Shown: positions 30,746-41,488, counted from the stretch's first letter. The stretch is DNA of 64,000 nt from Myxococcota bacterium (GCA_039030515.1 JBCCEA010000004.1:64001-128000), one strand, 5' to 3'. A program made the numbers and translations. Notes: generated by a model from the letters alone, not told the origin.

Positions 30746-33514
30746 TCAGTGTGCGTCGCCCCAATTGGATCCCGCACCGAGTTCGACGACCAGTGGAACG
30801 CTGAGCTCAATGGCCTGCTCCATCTCCTGACGTACTGAATACTCGACCTGTTTTTGTTCCTGCTTAGGCAGCTCGAACACCAGTTCATCATGAACGGTAA
30901 GCAGCATGCGACAGGAGAGGTTCTCTGCCCTAAGCCTCCGATGCACGCGCACCATCGCGACCTTCATGATGTCTGCCGCGGTGCCTTGAATCGGGGTGTT
31001 CCTGGCGATCCGCTCGGCTGCCGCCCGGAGGTGATGATTGCGGCTCCGAAGGTCCGGCAGCGGACGACGACGTCCCATGAGAGTGGTCACACAGCCCTGC
31101 TCGCGCCCCTCTTCGATGACCCGCTGCATCAAGGTTCGAACCCCCTGATAGCGCTCAAAGAACGCATCGATATACCGCTTGGCCTCGTTTCGAGAGATGC
31201 CTAGGTTCCTCGCTAGGGCAAACTGAGTTTGTCCGTAGATCACCGCGAAGTTGACGGTTTTGGCTTGGTTTCGCATGTGTCTATCGACTGCAGATTCGTC
31301 GACACCAAAGAGCGCAGACGCCGTGCGTCGATGCACGTCAAGACCCGTGCGATAGGCCTCAACGAGTGCCTCATCCTGAGAAAGATGGGCCAAGATGCGC
31401 AGTTCGATTTGCGAATAGTCCGCAGCGAGCATGATCCATCCGTCATGCGGGATGAACGCTTCTCGAACGCGCCTGCCTCGCTCAGAGCGGATGGGGATGT
31501 TCTGCAGATTGGGCTCCACACTGGACAGTCTGCCGGTGCGGGCAACCGACTGCTCATACCTCGTATGAATCCGGCCCGTTCCTTCAGCCACCTGAGCCGG
31601 CAGCGCATCGAGGTAGGTACTCTTCAATTTCGCGAGCGCCCTGTAGTCGAGAATCACTTTCGGTAGCTCATGCACACCAGCGAGCTCCTCGAGCACGTCA
31701 TGATCGGTGGACCGGGCGGTCTTGGTGCGCTTGAGAACAGGGAGCTCGAGCTCGTCAAAGAGGACCGCTTCGAGCTGTCTCGGCGAGCTCACGAGAAACG
31801 AACGACCCGCGAGCTCAAAGCATTTGGCCTCTAGGCGGGCGAGCTCAGCGGTAACCTCCTCTGAGAGTTCGGACAGGAGCGCGACATCGACTCGGATGCC
31901 GGTTTCTTCCATTTCAGCGAGAACCTCGGCGAGAGGCAACTCCATCTCTTCATAGAGGGGGGCAAGACCGGCGGAGGCGAGTCTTTCGGAGAGCAGAGCC
32001 CCTAGCCGAAAAACGCAGTCCGCTTGGCGCGCGGCGAATTCCCCAACGACCGCGATCTCTAGCGCATCGAGAGGCGTTTTTTTCTTTCCGTGAGCCGGAT
32101 GAGACGCAAGCTCCTCTCCGAGCTCAGTTCGCACGACATCCGCGAGCTGCGATCGATGCCGCTCAGGATCGATCAGGTAGCTGAGAAGCATCACGTCCAG
32201 ATTCTTTGATAGGAATGAGTCTCCGGCAGAGCCCTTACTTCCGACGGGCAAGCCGAGATCGCGCCAGACCAAGAGATCTCGCTTGAATCCATCGGTGTAT
32301 CGAACGAGCTGGGGGTCTTCAAAAACAGGCCGAAGCAGGGAGGCTATCGCCGAGGGTTCCAGCTGCGCAGGCGCGCCGATATATCGATGACCTACCGGGA
32401 CGTAACACCCCTCAAAAGGCTGCACGGACAAACCAAATCCAATGATGTGGCTTCGCGATGCCTTCGACTCGCCGTACACGGGAACCAGGGCAATCGCGCG
32501 AGACTCGAAAGCACGAGAGACCAGATCCGCAACCGCCTGCTCACTTGTGAGCAGTTGATAGGCAGTCTCTGTCCGGCCCGCCTGCGCCTCAGCGCTCGTG
32601 TCGTGCGACGCCGAGGGCGATTCTATCTCGATTTGACGCACCAAACGCGAGAACTCCAGCTCGGCAAAAAGCGCTCGCACGCGTTTGGTATCTCCTCCGG
32701 TCCATCGAAGTCGCTCCCGATCGAAGTCGATCGAAAGTTCGTCTCTCAAGGTCACCAAGTCGCGCGACATCAGGGCCTGCTCTCGATGCTGCCTTAAAGT
32801 CTGATTGAGGGCTTTTTGAGGAATCTGGTCCAAAGACGAATAGACACCATCGATATCCTCGAACTGCTGCAGCAGCTTCGCCGCAGTCTTCTGACCCACC
32901 TTAGGCACGCCGGGCACGTTGTCGGAGGTATCCCCCATCAAGGCGAGTAAATCTCGAACCTGATGGGGAGGGACCCCGAGCTTTTGGCGCGTTTCTTCGG
33001 GGCCGTAAACTTTGCTGCGGTCGGTATCGAACATGACTACGTCGTCACCGACCAGCTGCAGCAAGTCCTTGTCGGCGCTGACGATGACCACGCGGAGACC
33101 TTCTTGACGGGCGTGCCGAACCAAGCTGGCGATAAGATCGTCTGCCTCAAATCCCTCTTCTTGATAGATGGGAATCTCGTAGGCGCGAACTACGTCCTGG
33201 ATTCGAGAGAGCTGCGCGCTCAGATCCGGAGGCGCCGGAGGCCGATTGGCCTTGTACTCTGCAAAACGTTCTTTACGCGCGCTGCGCCCAGGCGAGTCCG
33301 CTGCGACCGCGAGCAAGGCCGGCTGATACTCACGAATCAACTTCAGGATCATCGTGGCCGCACCCAGCACCGCATGGGTTGGCTCCCCCAAGCTGTTCGA
33401 AAGAGGCGGCAGCTTGTGATAGGCCCGGAACACATAGCCGCTGATATCGAGAATCCACAGCGCTCCGGGATCGTGAACGTCCGGCAACGCTACAGGCGTC
33501 GCTTGAGAAGCCAT
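30746..33514 (-). CDS. polA: DNA polymerase I
   Basis: 5' nuclease YKANR, EADD, SADKD, GDTSDNVPGV; polymerase TGRLSS..PNLQNIP, ADYSQIELR, AKTVNFAVIYG, VHDEL. Confidence 0.98.
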   Translation of the reverse strand: MASQATPVALPDVHDPGALWILDISGYVFRAYHKLPPLSNSLGEPTHAVLGAATMILKLIREYQPALLAVAADSPGRSARKERFAEYKANRPPAPPDLSAQLSRIQDVVRAYEIPIYQEEGFEADDLIASLVRHARQEGLRVVIVSADKDLLQLVGDDVVMFDTDRSKVYGPEETRQKLGVPPHQVRDLLALMGDTSDNVPGVPKVGQKTAAKLLQQFEDIDGVYSSLDQIPQKALNQTLRQHREQALMSRDLVTLRDELSIDFDRERLRWTGGDTKRVRALFAELEFSRLVRQIEIESPSASHDTSAEAQAGRTETAYQLLTSEQAVADLVSRAFESRAIALVPVYGESKASRSHIIGFGLSVQPFEGCYVPVGHRYIGAPAQLEPSAIASLLRPVFEDPQLVRYTDGFKRDLLVWRDLGLPVGSKGSAGDSFLSKNLDVMLLSYLIDPERHRSQLADVVRTELGEELASHPAHGKKKTPLDALEIAVVGEFAARQADCVFRLGALLSERLASAGLAPLYEEMELPLAEVLAEMEETGIRVDVALLSELSEEVTAELARLEAKCFELAGRSFLVSSPRQLEAVLFDELELPVLKRTKTARSTDHDVLEELAGVHELPKVILDYRALAKLKSTYLDALPAQVAEGTGRIHTRYEQSVARTGRLSSVEPNLQNIPIRSERGRRVREAFIPHDGWIMLAADYSQIELRILAHLSQDEALVEAYRTGLDVHRRTASALFGVDESAVDRHMRNQAKTVNFAVIYGQTQFALARNLGISRNEAKRYIDAFFERYQGVRTLMQRVIEEGREQGCVTTLMGRRRPLPDLRSRNHHLRAAAERIARNTPIQGTAADIMKVAMVRVHRRLRAENLSCRMLLTVHDELVFELPKQEQKQVEYSVRQEMEQAIELSVPLVVELGAGSNWGDAH

Positions 33515-33621
33515 TAGGCCGACAACTTCACCCGCATGACCCCGACGGTCAAGTCCCGATGCGACGCATCGACAACGCCTTGCCAATCGAGTGAAGCGCG
33601 TGCTAGCTGAGCTTCCCCTAT

Positions 33622-35223
33622 ATGTTCGAGACCCTCACGAAGGGCTTCCGCACGGCGAAGAATCGTCTCGCCGGACTTACGGAGCTTACCGAAGAGAACA
33701 TCGATGCGTCCCTACGCGATGTCCGACTTTCCCTACTCGAAGCAGATGTCGAGTTCGGGGTCACCAAACGTTTCCTAGAGCGCGTCAAGGACAAAGCCGT
33801 CGGGACCACCGTTAAGACTCGGGCGATCACCAAAGGTCGCTCGATCAAAATCGGTCCAACCGAGCAATTCGTCAAGATTTGCGAAGACGAACTTCGCGCC
33901 ATGATGGAATCAGAGGGCGACTCGATCGCCTTCGCCAAACATCCTACGCCGACGGGAATCATGATGGTCGGCTTGCAAGGCGCCGGCAAGACGACGACTA
34001 GCGCGAAGCTGGCCGCCCTACTCGAGCGAGAGTTCGATCGAAAGGCACTGCTTGTTGCGGCCGATATGCAACGCCCCGGCGCGATAGAACAGCTCAAGGT
34101 CCTGGGAGAACAGATCTCCGTGCCGGTGTTCTCTCTACCCGATGCCTCTCCGTTACAGGTGTGTCAGTCAGCGATCGCGCACTGCAAAAGAATAAAGCGG
34201 GATACGATCATCTACGACACTGCCGGACGACTGGCCGTCGACGAGCCGCTGATGGACGAGCTTGCGGAGATTCACCAGAAGATTCGGCCACACAATGTGT
34301 TTCTCGTGGTTGACGCGATGATCGGGCAGGACTCGGTCAAAACCGCAAAGGTGTTTCACGAGCGGCTTGAACTCTCCGGGGTGGTGCTCACCAAACTTGA
34401 CGGTGACGCGCGTGGGGGTGCAGCGCTCTCGGTGAAGGAAGTCACGGGCGCTCCGGTCAAGTTCGCCGGAACCGGCGAAACCATGGAAAAGCTCGAGGTA
34501 TTTCGTCCTGAGGGCATGGCCAGTCGGATTCTCGGTATGGGGGACGTCGTCGGCCTGATGCGAGACTTCGAAGGCGTAGTCGACGAGGCCAAAGCCGAAG
34601 AGGACGCCGCGAGAATGCTCCAAGGCCAGTTCTCTCTGGAAGACTTCCTAGAGCAGATTGAGATGCTCCAAAAGATGGGTCCGCTGAGCGACCTGCTTGA
34701 AAAGATCCCGCTCGTCTCCGACTCCATGCCGGACGGATTCAACCTAGACGAAAGAGAGCTGGTTAAGACCAAAGCGATGGTTCGTTCGATGACCCCTAGA
34801 GAGCGCCGTTCCGTGGAGCTGTTCGGTACCCATCCCTCGCGCGTCACCCGAGTGGCTCGGGGGTCGGGGCGTACCGAACGGGAGGTCGTCGACTTACTGA
34901 AGCGTTTTGGATTCATGCGTCAAATGATGGGCAACATCGGTCAGCAGGCAGGAGTGCTTTCTAAGGTCCCGGGCATGAAGCAAATGGCGATGGCCAACCG
35001 ACTCCGCGACGTCGTGAAGACCGGTGGCTTAGAAACCAATCCGATGATGGACACCCTCGCCAATCATCTCCTCGAAGCGGCAGTCGCTGGAAACAGTCCG
35101 CTCGGGCTCGGGGCCGGAGGAAGCCAACGCTCCGGCGGGTCTGGAAAAAAGAAGATCGACCGAGATAGACAAAAGAAACTGAAAAAAATTCAAAGAAAAT
35201 CGAGACGCAAAGGCCGCAAATAA
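33622..35223 (+). CDS. ffh: Signal recognition particle protein
   Basis: LLEADV, GLQGAGKTT, DTAGR, TKLDGDARGGAALS, RILGMGD, Met-rich M domain. Confidence 0.97.
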   Translation: MFETLTKGFRTAKNRLAGLTELTEENIDASLRDVRLSLLEADVEFGVTKRFLERVKDKAVGTTVKTRAITKGRSIKIGPTEQFVKICEDELRAMMESEGDSIAFAKHPTPTGIMMVGLQGAGKTTTSAKLAALLEREFDRKALLVAADMQRPGAIEQLKVLGEQISVPVFSLPDASPLQVCQSAIAHCKRIKRDTIIYDTAGRLAVDEPLMDELAEIHQKIRPHNVFLVVDAMIGQDSVKTAKVFHERLELSGVVLTKLDGDARGGAALSVKEVTGAPVKFAGTGETMEKLEVFRPEGMASRILGMGDVVGLMRDFEGVVDEAKAEEDAARMLQGQFSLEDFLEQIEMLQKMGPLSDLLEKIPLVSDSMPDGFNLDERELVKTKAMVRSMTPRERRSVELFGTHPSRVTRVARGSGRTEREVVDLLKRFGFMRQMMGNIGQQAGVLSKVPGMKQMAMANRLRDVVKTGGLETNPMMDTLANHLLEAAVAGNSPLGLGAGGSQRSGGSGKKKIDRDRQKKLKKIQRKSRRKGRK

Positions 35224-35323
35224 TCGTGATACCGATCTTTACCGCGAAGGGTTCCTAGGTGAGACATCCACTGAACTCCGCAGGAACGCAGTCATCACCG
35301 ACCTGAAGGGAAAAGAGGGCAGC

Positions 35324-36730
35324 ATGAACCGAAAGCTCACCAGCGGTGTGGCGTGTTTGTTGACATTCCTGTCGATTGGATGCGTCGAGAAGTCAAAAAG
35401 TCTCACTGCAGCACAAAGGAGCCGACTTGGCGCGCTACTAAACGACAAGGCGCCAGCGGACATTCAGCAAGCGATCAAAGTGAACTTCGAAGGACGCGTC
35501 GAGCTCTTGGGCTACACGGTGCACCCAAGCCCTTTGACTCCTGGAGCGCGCCTTAAGATCACGTGGCACTGGCACTGCATTCACGCCTTGGAAGAAGGCT
35601 GGAGGTTGTTTACCCACATCGCGGACGCAGACGGAAACGAGCGCCAGAACATCGACGACGTGGGCCCCATCCGTGAGCTTTACCCGCCGAGCCGATGGAA
35701 AGCGGGAGAGTACATCGACGACACGCAGGAGTTTTCCCTGCCTGCCGACTGGAACTCCACTAGCGCCATCTTCCATGTAGGGCTCTGGAACGGGCCCCAT
35801 CGAATGACCATCGAGTCGGGACCCAATGACGGCAGCAATCGCGCGCGCGTCGCCACGATTCCAGTGGAGCGCTCGGCCCAAACGCAGCCCGAACGGTCCA
35901 CAAACGGCGCGATTCCTCAGCTGGATTCTCAACGAACCACCACCGCGCCTCAAATCGACGGAAAGATGGACGAGGCACTCTGGAAGCGAGCGCGATCCAG
36001 TCGGCGTTTCGTCAATACGCGAACCGGCGGTCTCGCGGAGTTCCGAGTCACGGCCAAGACGCTTTGGGACGAGCGCCATTTCTACGTAGGAATTCAGGTG
36101 CAAGACGACTTTATTCAAAGCACCTATCAAAACCTAGACGATCACCTCTGGGAGCAGGATGCGGTCGAAGTGATGATCGACCCGAGCGGTCGGGGTCACA
36201 ATTATTTCGAGTTGCAGGTGTCGCCAACCGGAGTGGTCTTCGATACGCGCTACGACTCACGACGCCATCCTCGTCCTTTTGGGCATGTCACATGGCACAG
36301 CGATGTCGAGGCTGCCGTCGACATCGAAGGCATCGCAAACGACCGGGAAAAAGATCGAGGGTACACGGTAGAGATGGCGATCCCTTGGAGCGCGTTTCGA
36401 GCGGGTTCCCCCCCCTTCGCTCGACCTCAAGCAGGACAGCAGTGGCGAGTTAACTTTTATGTAATGGACGCTCGACCAGAGGGACAACGCGCGGCCGGCT
36501 GGTCTGCACCGATGGTGGGTGATTTTCATAAGCCCGACCGATTTGGCCGCATTCGCTTTGTCGATCGGGCAGAAGAGGCAGGCCCTGCTGCGGGCGCACG
36601 TAAGACCACATCGCTACCGCAACTGAACTCCAACCTGGCAAAACGTCTTGAACGGCCTCATCGCCTGAAAGGGAAGTTGCACGCCGATCGAATCCAAGAG
36701 CGTGGAGCCACGCGCACCGCTGCTCAGTAA
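35324..36730 (+). CDS. Lipoprotein with CBM9/DOMON-like carbohydrate-binding domain
   Basis: Lipobox LSIGC; PQIDGKMDEALW, LWDERHFYVG, DAVEVMIDP, YTVEMAIPW. Confidence 0.8.
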   Translation: MNRKLTSGVACLLTFLSIGCVEKSKSLTAAQRSRLGALLNDKAPADIQQAIKVNFEGRVELLGYTVHPSPLTPGARLKITWHWHCIHALEEGWRLFTHIADADGNERQNIDDVGPIRELYPPSRWKAGEYIDDTQEFSLPADWNSTSAIFHVGLWNGPHRMTIESGPNDGSNRARVATIPVERSAQTQPERSTNGAIPQLDSQRTTTAPQIDGKMDEALWKRARSSRRFVNTRTGGLAEFRVTAKTLWDERHFYVGIQVQDDFIQSTYQNLDDHLWEQDAVEVMIDPSGRGHNYFELQVSPTGVVFDTRYDSRRHPRPFGHVTWHSDVEAAVDIEGIANDREKDRGYTVEMAIPWSAFRAGSPPFARPQAGQQWRVNFYVMDARPEGQRAAGWSAPMVGDFHKPDRFGRIRFVDRAEEAGPAAGARKTTSLPQLNSNLAKRLERPHRLKGKLHADRIQERGATRTAAQ

Positions 36731-36753
36731 AACGCTCACCGCTGCCCAGTAAA
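36710..36753. repeat. 22-bp tandem duplication spanning the stop codon of the CBM9-like gene
   Basis: acgcgcaccgctgctcagtaaa / acgctcaccgctgcccagtaaa (2 mismatches). Confidence 0.9.
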
Positions 36754-36815
36754 CCGTGCGGCACGTGCGTTCGCACTCGCAAGCTATGCGGTCTTCGAGA
36801 TAGGCTTGGGCGGCG

Positions 36816-38534
36816 ATGACCCAAGAGAGCTTCATGAAGGCGGTCTTCCATGGCGTTCTCGCCGAGGAGCTGGTGCTGCCTTTTCCAGAGATCTCCTCTG
36901 AAGAACGACCGATCCTCGAGGGAGCACTCGATGCGACTCGGAAGTTCCTCCACAACTACGTGGATCCCGTGGCGATCGATCGCGAGCAGCGTCTTTCTCC
37001 GGCGGTGCTCGATGGCATGCGCGAGGCCGGACTCTTTGGGTTGACGATTCCGCCTGCGTTCGGCGGCCTTGGCCTCAGCAACACAGCTTTTGCACAAGTG
37101 ATGGAAGAGATCGCTGCAGTGGATGGCTCCGTCGCGGTAACCCTCGCCGCCCACCACAGCATCGGCCTCAAGGGACTGCTGCTTTTTGGAACCGAGTGGC
37201 AGAAACGCCGCTACCTTCCGCGTCTTGCGAGTGGTGAGTTGATCGCCGCGTTTGCTCTTTCAGAACCAGGAGCGGGAAGCGATGCTGCCGGCATCCACAC
37301 CACCGCAGAACTAGCAGAGGATGGCGGAGGTTGGGTTCTCCATGGGAGCAAGGTTTGGGTCACCAACGGGGAGATCGCGGGACTGTTCACCGTGTTCGCA
37401 AGGACAAGACCGACAGAGCAGGAAGGCAAGCCTCGCATTACGGCCTTTTTGGTCGAGCGAAGCCATGGCGTACGACACGGTCCAAACGAAGCCAAGCTAG
37501 GTTTCCGAGGAACGTCAACGACGGCGCTCCAATTTGAACACACGAGAGTACCCGCCGGAAATATGCTTGGTGAGAGAGGCAGAGGCTTCAGGGTGGCCAT
37601 GGACGTATTAAACAATGGCCGCCTCAGTCTCGCAGCCGGTGCTGTCGGCAGCTGCAAAAAGCTCATCCGCATGGCCGTCTCCCGCTGCAACGAGCGAAAA
37701 GCGTTTGGCCGTCCTATCGGCGAATTCGGCATGATCAGAGAAAAAATCGCACGGATGATGTGCGAGACATGGGCCCTTGAATCGATGACCTATCTGACCA
37801 CAGGCCTCATCGACGCTGGAGCCTTAGATTTTTCTCTAGAAAGTGCAATCTGCAAAGTGTTCGGGTCTGAGTCGCTCTGGTACGTGGTGAACGAGACGCT
37901 TCAAATCGCCGCAGGCATCGGCTGCATGGCAGATCATCCCTACGAAAGACACTTACGGGATGCGAGAACAAACCTTGTATTCGAGGGAACCAACGAAATC
38001 TTACGCGCCTTCATTGCACTCGCAGGAATGCAGAGCCCGGGTGCCGACTTAACCGAAGTTGCAAAAGCAATGCGAGAACCCATCAAGGGGTTCGGTATTC
38101 TAAGTGACTTCGCAGTCAAGCAGGCCAAGCGTTCATTTCGAACCAACCGACTTGAACGAGTACACCCCGCGCTGAAGAGGGAAGCCGTACTTCTGGAGCA
38201 AACAACCAGCGATCTAGCCCGAGAGACCCTTCGAGTTCTTCGCAAACACGGCAAGGAAATCGCTGAAATGCAGTTTGTACAGAAGCGTATTGCAGATGTT
38301 GCAATCGACATCTACGGACTGACGGCAACCCTTTCAAGAGCAACCCGAGACATCGAACGCAAGGGGGAAGAGGCCGCACGTTCAGAAATCGAACTCACCA
38401 TGGGCTTTGCGTCGATCGCCGAAAGAAGACTGGCCAAGAGACTCGGAGAAATGGAGAGGGAGGAAGATGAACTCTTCAAGACGGTGGCGTCCAAGGCCTA
38501 TCAGGAACGTGGATATCGATTTATGATTCGCTAG
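36816..38534 (+). CDS. Acyl-CoA dehydrogenase (VLCAD/ACAD9-like, with C-terminal extension)
   Basis: FALSEPGAGSDA, GSKVWVTNG, RKAFGRPI, catalytic FEGTNEI. Confidence 0.93.
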   Translation: MTQESFMKAVFHGVLAEELVLPFPEISSEERPILEGALDATRKFLHNYVDPVAIDREQRLSPAVLDGMREAGLFGLTIPPAFGGLGLSNTAFAQVMEEIAAVDGSVAVTLAAHHSIGLKGLLLFGTEWQKRRYLPRLASGELIAAFALSEPGAGSDAAGIHTTAELAEDGGGWVLHGSKVWVTNGEIAGLFTVFARTRPTEQEGKPRITAFLVERSHGVRHGPNEAKLGFRGTSTTALQFEHTRVPAGNMLGERGRGFRVAMDVLNNGRLSLAAGAVGSCKKLIRMAVSRCNERKAFGRPIGEFGMIREKIARMMCETWALESMTYLTTGLIDAGALDFSLESAICKVFGSESLWYVVNETLQIAAGIGCMADHPYERHLRDARTNLVFEGTNEILRAFIALAGMQSPGADLTEVAKAMREPIKGFGILSDFAVKQAKRSFRTNRLERVHPALKREAVLLEQTTSDLARETLRVLRKHGKEIAEMQFVQKRIADVAIDIYGLTATLSRATRDIERKGEEAARSEIELTMGFASIAERRLAKRLGEMEREEDELFKTVASKAYQERGYRFMIR

Positions 38535-38545
38535 ACCGAACCTGC

Positions 38546-38599
38546 GTTAGTCCTCTGCGTCCAGTTAGTCCTCTGCGTCCAGTTAGTCTTCTATATCCA
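38546..38599. repeat. 18-bp triple tandem repeat spanning the stop codon of the HD-GYP gene
   Basis: gttagtcctctgcgtcca x2 plus gttagtcttctatatcca. Confidence 0.93.
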
Positions 38600-40211
38600 G
38601 CGACGCTGCTTGAAGCGAACTCGCGATCTTAATTAACTCCGCTTGCTCCTCTCGATACGCTTCGATGCACTCCCGAAAAGGATTGGCCACGTCCGGATCA
38701 AACTGAGCTCCAGCACATCGTTTGATCTCGCTCATCGCAACCTGATGCGGCAGCGCTTTTCGATACGCTCGATCACTGGTCATCGCGTCATAGGTATCCG
38801 CGACGGAAATAATGCGGGCGATGAGAGGCACTTCTTGCTTCTTGAGTCCCAAAGGATAGCCACGACCATCCCAGCGCTCGTGATGTAAATGGACACCGGG
38901 AATCAAGGGATGCAGAAAGGTAATGGGCTCAAGAATATCTCGACCGTAGCCCGGGTGTTGTTTGAAAATCTCGTACTCCTCCTGGGAAAGTTTCCCTGGC
39001 TTGTTGAGATTCATCACGCAACCAATCTTACCAATGTCGTGCATCAAAGCTGCCTGACGTACGATCTCGACGGTTTCCTCAGCGAGACCGAGCTTTATCG
39101 CAAGTATTTGCGCATATGCTGCAACTCTTTCCGAGTGACCGGAGGTGTATCGATCCATTTTATCGATCGCGCTGGCCAAGCCCCGGATGGTCTGATGAAA
39201 GGTATCCTGCAAGTTCTGGTACAGCCGCGCGTTCTCCAGTGCCGCGGCCGCTCGATTGGCTACGATCGTAAGCAACTTGCGCTGTCCCTCGTCAAAACGA
39301 CGACCTGGCGAAAAGCTTGCGCAACATAAATACCCGAGCGTGCGCGCCCGCATGCGCAAAGGTGTCGACAGAACGGACTGCAGCTCCACTACTCCGGGCT
39401 TATCCTTAAGAAATCGCGCTCCCGCCGAACCCTGCAGCAGTAAGGTCTGCTTTTCCGCAAAATGCGTCTCGAGAGCCGAGGAATCAAAGGTGGTCGAGCC
39501 GAGGGGCACATCGAGGTCGACATGAAGTTCGCGGAGTCGTTCGAACCAACCTCCGTATCCGTCGTCCAGAAGAATCACCACTAGATCTGCAACCACCTCA
39601 TCGAACGCAGCCTCTTTGACCGTATTCAGCACCGATTCGAGCGATAGGCTCGACGCGATCGCCTCGCTGACCTTGTAGAGTGAGAGCGCTTCCTTCAGCC
39701 GCAGATTTTCCGCTTGAAGACGCTGCTTTTCGAGCCCGCGGCGAATGGTGTGTACTACCTCTTCCACCTTAAACGGCTTGAGTATGTAGTCGTAAGCTCC
39801 TCGCTTCATCGCATCGATGGCAGTCTCTACCGTTCCGAACCCGGTCATGATGACCGTCACCACCTGCGGCGCGTGTTTTTGAATCGCCCCAAGCAGTTCG
39901 AGTCCGCCCATATTGGGCATCTTTAGGTCGCTCAGAACGAGGTCGTAATGATTGCGTGAGAGCTCGAGCAGTGCAGCGCTACCGTCTTCTGCCGTGCGAA
40001 CCTCAAACCCCTCGATCGATAGGAAATCGGCGAGTATTTCGCGAATGACTTTCTCGTCATCCACAACGAGAATTCTGGCGGTTTCTGCGGAAGAATCGTG
40101 CACTAGCACATCGAACGTCCGGTACTCAGGGTCTGAGTAAGCAACGTCAGCGTCGTCATACTCTGCACACATGTCGAGTTCCAAACGCAGGACGAACGCA
40201 TCTTCTTCCAT
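38583..40211 (-). CDS. Response regulator REC-GAF-HD-GYP cyclic-dinucleotide phosphodiesterase
   Basis: ILVVDD..SDLKMP..KPF; HSERV, HDIGK, HHERWDGRGYP, ADTYDAMTSDRAYRK; start uncertain. Confidence 0.93.
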   Translation of the reverse strand: MEEDAFVLRLELDMCAEYDDADVAYSDPEYRTFDVLVHDSSAETARILVVDDEKVIREILADFLSIEGFEVRTAEDGSAALLELSRNHYDLVLSDLKMPNMGGLELLGAIQKHAPQVVTVIMTGFGTVETAIDAMKRGAYDYILKPFKVEEVVHTIRRGLEKQRLQAENLRLKEALSLYKVSEAIASSLSLESVLNTVKEAAFDEVVADLVVILLDDGYGGWFERLRELHVDLDVPLGSTTFDSSALETHFAEKQTLLLQGSAGARFLKDKPGVVELQSVLSTPLRMRARTLGYLCCASFSPGRRFDEGQRKLLTIVANRAAAALENARLYQNLQDTFHQTIRGLASAIDKMDRYTSGHSERVAAYAQILAIKLGLAEETVEIVRQAALMHDIGKIGCVMNLNKPGKLSQEEYEIFKQHPGYGRDILEPITFLHPLIPGVHLHHERWDGRGYPLGLKKQEVPLIARIISVADTYDAMTSDRAYRKALPHQVAMSEIKRCAGAQFDPDVANPFRECIEAYREEQAELIKIASSLQAASLDIED

Positions 40212-40547
40212 CCCCGCCTAAGCTCCCAGGCAGCCATCCATATCACGCTACGTTCACCACCATCCCACATCGTTAGGGCCACCATAGTCTAAGCGCTCAC
40301 CATTTCGATCGAACTCAGAAAAAAACAAAAACCGACCGAATTAAGACAAGAACGCTGGATGTATCCAGAGCAATAGAATAAGCACTGTGGCTCTTCTCCT
40401 TCTTTGCCCCTGTGTTCAGCACATGGTTCTGGATCTCTTCGAGTGAAGCGGAGCAGAACTGCGTGTTGACTGCGAGGCGTCCACTCTCTAGCCTCTTATC
40501 TTGGTGATCATTTCGCCTCTCATTTAATTGGGCTCGACGACACACCG

Positions 40548-41432
40548 GTGGACTCAGACATCAAAACCAGAGTGACGCCCCTCGAGGAGCTGAAGCTTCC
40601 CCATCGGCAGGGACAGGACTGCCTGGTGGTGATCTACTCGTCGGACGCGCGCCTGTTCGGTCGTCGCCACGTGCTCGGGGAGCAATCAGTGCATATCGGG
40701 CGCGGAGGAGAGAACACCATTGTTTTAGAAAACGACAGCGTTTCGAGACAGCATGCTCGAGTCGATAAGCGAGGCCACCACTATTTTGTGACCGATTTGA
40801 ATTCCACCAACGGGACCTACGTAAACGACGATCTCGTCTCGGACTACCAAATGCGTCGAGGCGACCAACTCAAAATAGGGGACACGATCGTCAAGTTCCT
40901 AAGTGGTTCGGATGTCGAAGCGCAGTACCACGAAACGATCTACCGAATGACTATCGTCGACGGCCTCACCGGAGTGCACAACAAACGATATCTGATGGAC
41001 ACGCTCGAACGGGAGATTCCGCGGGCGCGACGTCACGAAAGGCCTCTTTCCCTGGCGATGTTTGATATCGACCACTTCAAAAACATCAACGATACGTTTG
41101 GCCATCTGGCTGGAGATCACGTTCTCAAGGAACTGGCAAAACTTGTCCGACAACGACTTCGACCAGACGATGTACTGGGCCGCTACGGCGGGGAAGAGTT
41201 CGCCATCGTGCTACCCGAGACAAACCGATCTGGAGCGGCCAAAATCGCTGAGGAACTACGAGAGCAAATCGGCAATCACGACTTCACGTTCGAGGAAGAG
41301 CAGATTCGGGTGACCGTTTCCTGGGGAATTGCACAGCTTCAGGAAGGCTACGACATGATGCAGTTTGTAAAGGCAGCCGACGAGAAGCTCTATGCCGCAA
41401 AACGTGGCGGCCGAAATAGAGTCGATATCTAA
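40548..41432 (+). CDS. FHA-GGDEF diguanylate cyclase
   Basis: [41 protein letters not shown]-site RPDD, RYGGEEF. Confidence 0.95.
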   Translation: MDSDIKTRVTPLEELKLPHRQGQDCLVVIYSSDARLFGRRHVLGEQSVHIGRGGENTIVLENDSVSRQHARVDKRGHHYFVTDLNSTNGTYVNDDLVSDYQMRRGDQLKIGDTIVKFLSGSDVEAQYHETIYRMTIVDGLTGVHNKRYLMDTLEREIPRARRHERPLSLAMFDIDHFKNINDTFGHLAGDHVLKELAKLVRQRLRPDDVLGRYGGEEFAIVLPETNRSGAAKIAEELREQIGNHDFTFEEEQIRVTVSWGIAQLQEGYDMMQFVKAADEKLYAAKRGGRNRVDI

Positions 41433-41488
41433 AAGGCATGTCCAGTCCGTGCCTGGCCGGTGCGACTTCAAAAGGCTAGATTCGGCCG

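Noticed and set aside
35224..35323. SRP RNA (ffs) downstream of ffh
   Set aside because: tccgcaggaacgcag only loosely resembles domain IV; the CAGG..GNRA..AGCAG arrangement and long hairpin are absent.
38583..41432. 3',3'-cGAMP signalling (Hypr GGDEF with a PmxA-like PDE)
   Set aside because: The GGDEF keeps the Asp in GHLAGD (Hypr enzymes have Ser/Thr) and the HD-GYP has RAYRK (RxxxK); both point to c-di-GMP.
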